Assembly (NCBI RefSeq): GCF_006345805.1
Contig: NC_042997.1
Span: forward strand, 114,204,001 to 114,268,000
Reading direction: 5' to 3'
From: Octopus sinensis
Lineage: Eukaryota
DNA: 64,000 nucleotides
A model generated the notes under the pieces. That model ran no database searches. It saw only the letters and a list, made by a program, of their open reading frames with translations, and was not told the DNA's origin. The translations under genes were made by a program, and so were the position numbers. Below, piece after piece: positions 62,626-64,000 of this stretch (its first letter is position 1; each line of letters begins with the position of its first letter).

Positions 62626-64000
62626 TATCAAATCTCACTGTCCTCAGAGGGCCTGTGAAGGTAGCAAGTACTTCTCCTTCTAGTAATATGTATATGTATA
62701 TCATCATCATTTAATGTCCACTTTTCCATGCTTGCATGGGTTAGATGGAATTTGTTGAGGCAGATTTTCCCTACGTAAGCTAGAGACAAACTTAGAGAAG
62801 TGAGAAAAATCGACACTTTCAGAGGGCTGAGAGAAAGAATGAGCATCTATGGAACATGATTATCGTTTACAGTAGCTGTTGGTAGTTATTAGAGTATAAT
62901 AATGGTAGTGATAGTAAGTTATGGTACTGGCGCTCTTGGTAACTATAATGGTGTTTATGATAATTCTTTGGCTGCCAGCAGCTGTTACTGACTGTCTTCC
63001 AACTATATTTATACTATTTCAAGTACCACGTACAGTCGGTATTTCCTATTTGCTGGTTGGTTTCACTGTAAAAGATGGTCCTGTTCTGTCTGTGAGTCAA
63101 ATAAGATTTTTATATCTTTCTAATTAATTTACTTGGGTTGTTCTTTTATTATTTTAACATGGTAAATATCAATACCATGAAAAACTATACTTTATCAACA
63201 GCAGATGTATTTGGCAACTCAATACTTGAACTTAATGCTGTCTTTTTTTTTTGTTTTTTGTCTGTCTGTTTGTCTTGATCATTTTCACATATCTTTATGT
63301 AATATACTTGCAGACACCTAAAAGGGAATGTAAGCAATTTCCTATAAAGATATAGAAATAAAACACTAATTTTTACCTTTTATTTTGTGTGTGTGCGCAT
63401 GCATTTTTTTTTTACATGAATGTTAGAAATTATACGTAAGTACATATTGCTATCATCATCACCACCACCACCATCACTATGATACTCATCATCATTAACC
63501 ACTGAGTAAAAGCCATACTAAAAACTAGACAAGAATTCAAACATGGAATCCCATAAAAAAATGTTACTCTTTGCTGCACACTTTTCCAAGATTGTGAAAT
63601 ACCTAAGGGTAGAGATGGGTGAGTGGGTGGCAATATTCTCTCTCTCTCTCTCTCTCTCTCACACATCACCCAATAAATTTTTCTCAATGAATGATTCCTA
63701 CTTTCAGCAAAGGTGTGAACTAACTTTTGCTACCTAAAGACTAACCCAATTCTATTTTTGTTTTTCCCCATTCCCCACTTCATTAACGAAATACTTAAGA
63801 TAACATTTAAGAAAAAGAAACATATGAAGCAAGTGTTTGAACAATTCTTCTTTTCTAGAAACTATATGTTGCTCTATAGAACAGCAGATTTTATAACATC
63901 TTTGCCTTAATCAAAACTCATTCATGAGAACATTTTACTTTTTTATTTTTTTTTTATTTTTATTTACTTGCTGGTTCTGGGAGAAACGGCAATGTCCATG

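Noticed and set aside
63314-63329. 16-nt candidate micro-exon (ttgcAG|acacctaaaagggaat|GTAAGC)
   Set aside because: The splice signals are plausible but such matches are expected by chance in 64 kb, and there is no protein-level support.

Overview
AT-rich eukaryotic (animal) genomic DNA, mostly repeat-derived. The repeat complement and (CA)n/(TA)n/(CT)n load look like an octopus/coleoid cephalopod genome (inference, not verified). One host coding exon is recognisable: the first coding exon of a CUEDC1-like gene (41742-42029, +, CUE domain, phase-0 GT donor); no later exon was confidently found. The largest element is a young, 5'-truncated CR1-clade LINE (31741-35541, +). Its ORF1 has three tandem CCCH zinc fingers, and its endonuclease-RT ORF2 has one frameshift and one nonsense lesion, an (AAATG)5 tail, and no usable AUG. 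The ORF2 frame overlaps ORF1 by 226 nt and opens at an in-frame U UUU UUA heptamer, a candidate -1 ribosomal frameshift. A 420-bp insertion with a 15-bp target-site duplication (28145-28564) has a tRNA-like Pol III head flanked by two inverted tails, each with a decayed minimal hammerhead ribozyme core, so it is a candidate Penelope-mobilised SINE or retrozyme. The rest comprises tRNA-headed SINEs (my labels A, B, D, E; alternative tail I), RTE-related 3' ends with (GAT)n tails (label C), fossil RTE RT fragments, TTAA/piggyBac-type and hAT-type MITEs, Helitron-type elements, a 200-bp foldback and a 4.5-kb G-skewed (TA)n array. Family labels are my own working names, and many SINE boundaries are approximate (about +/-10-20 bp). 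All calls are by eye; no searches were run.
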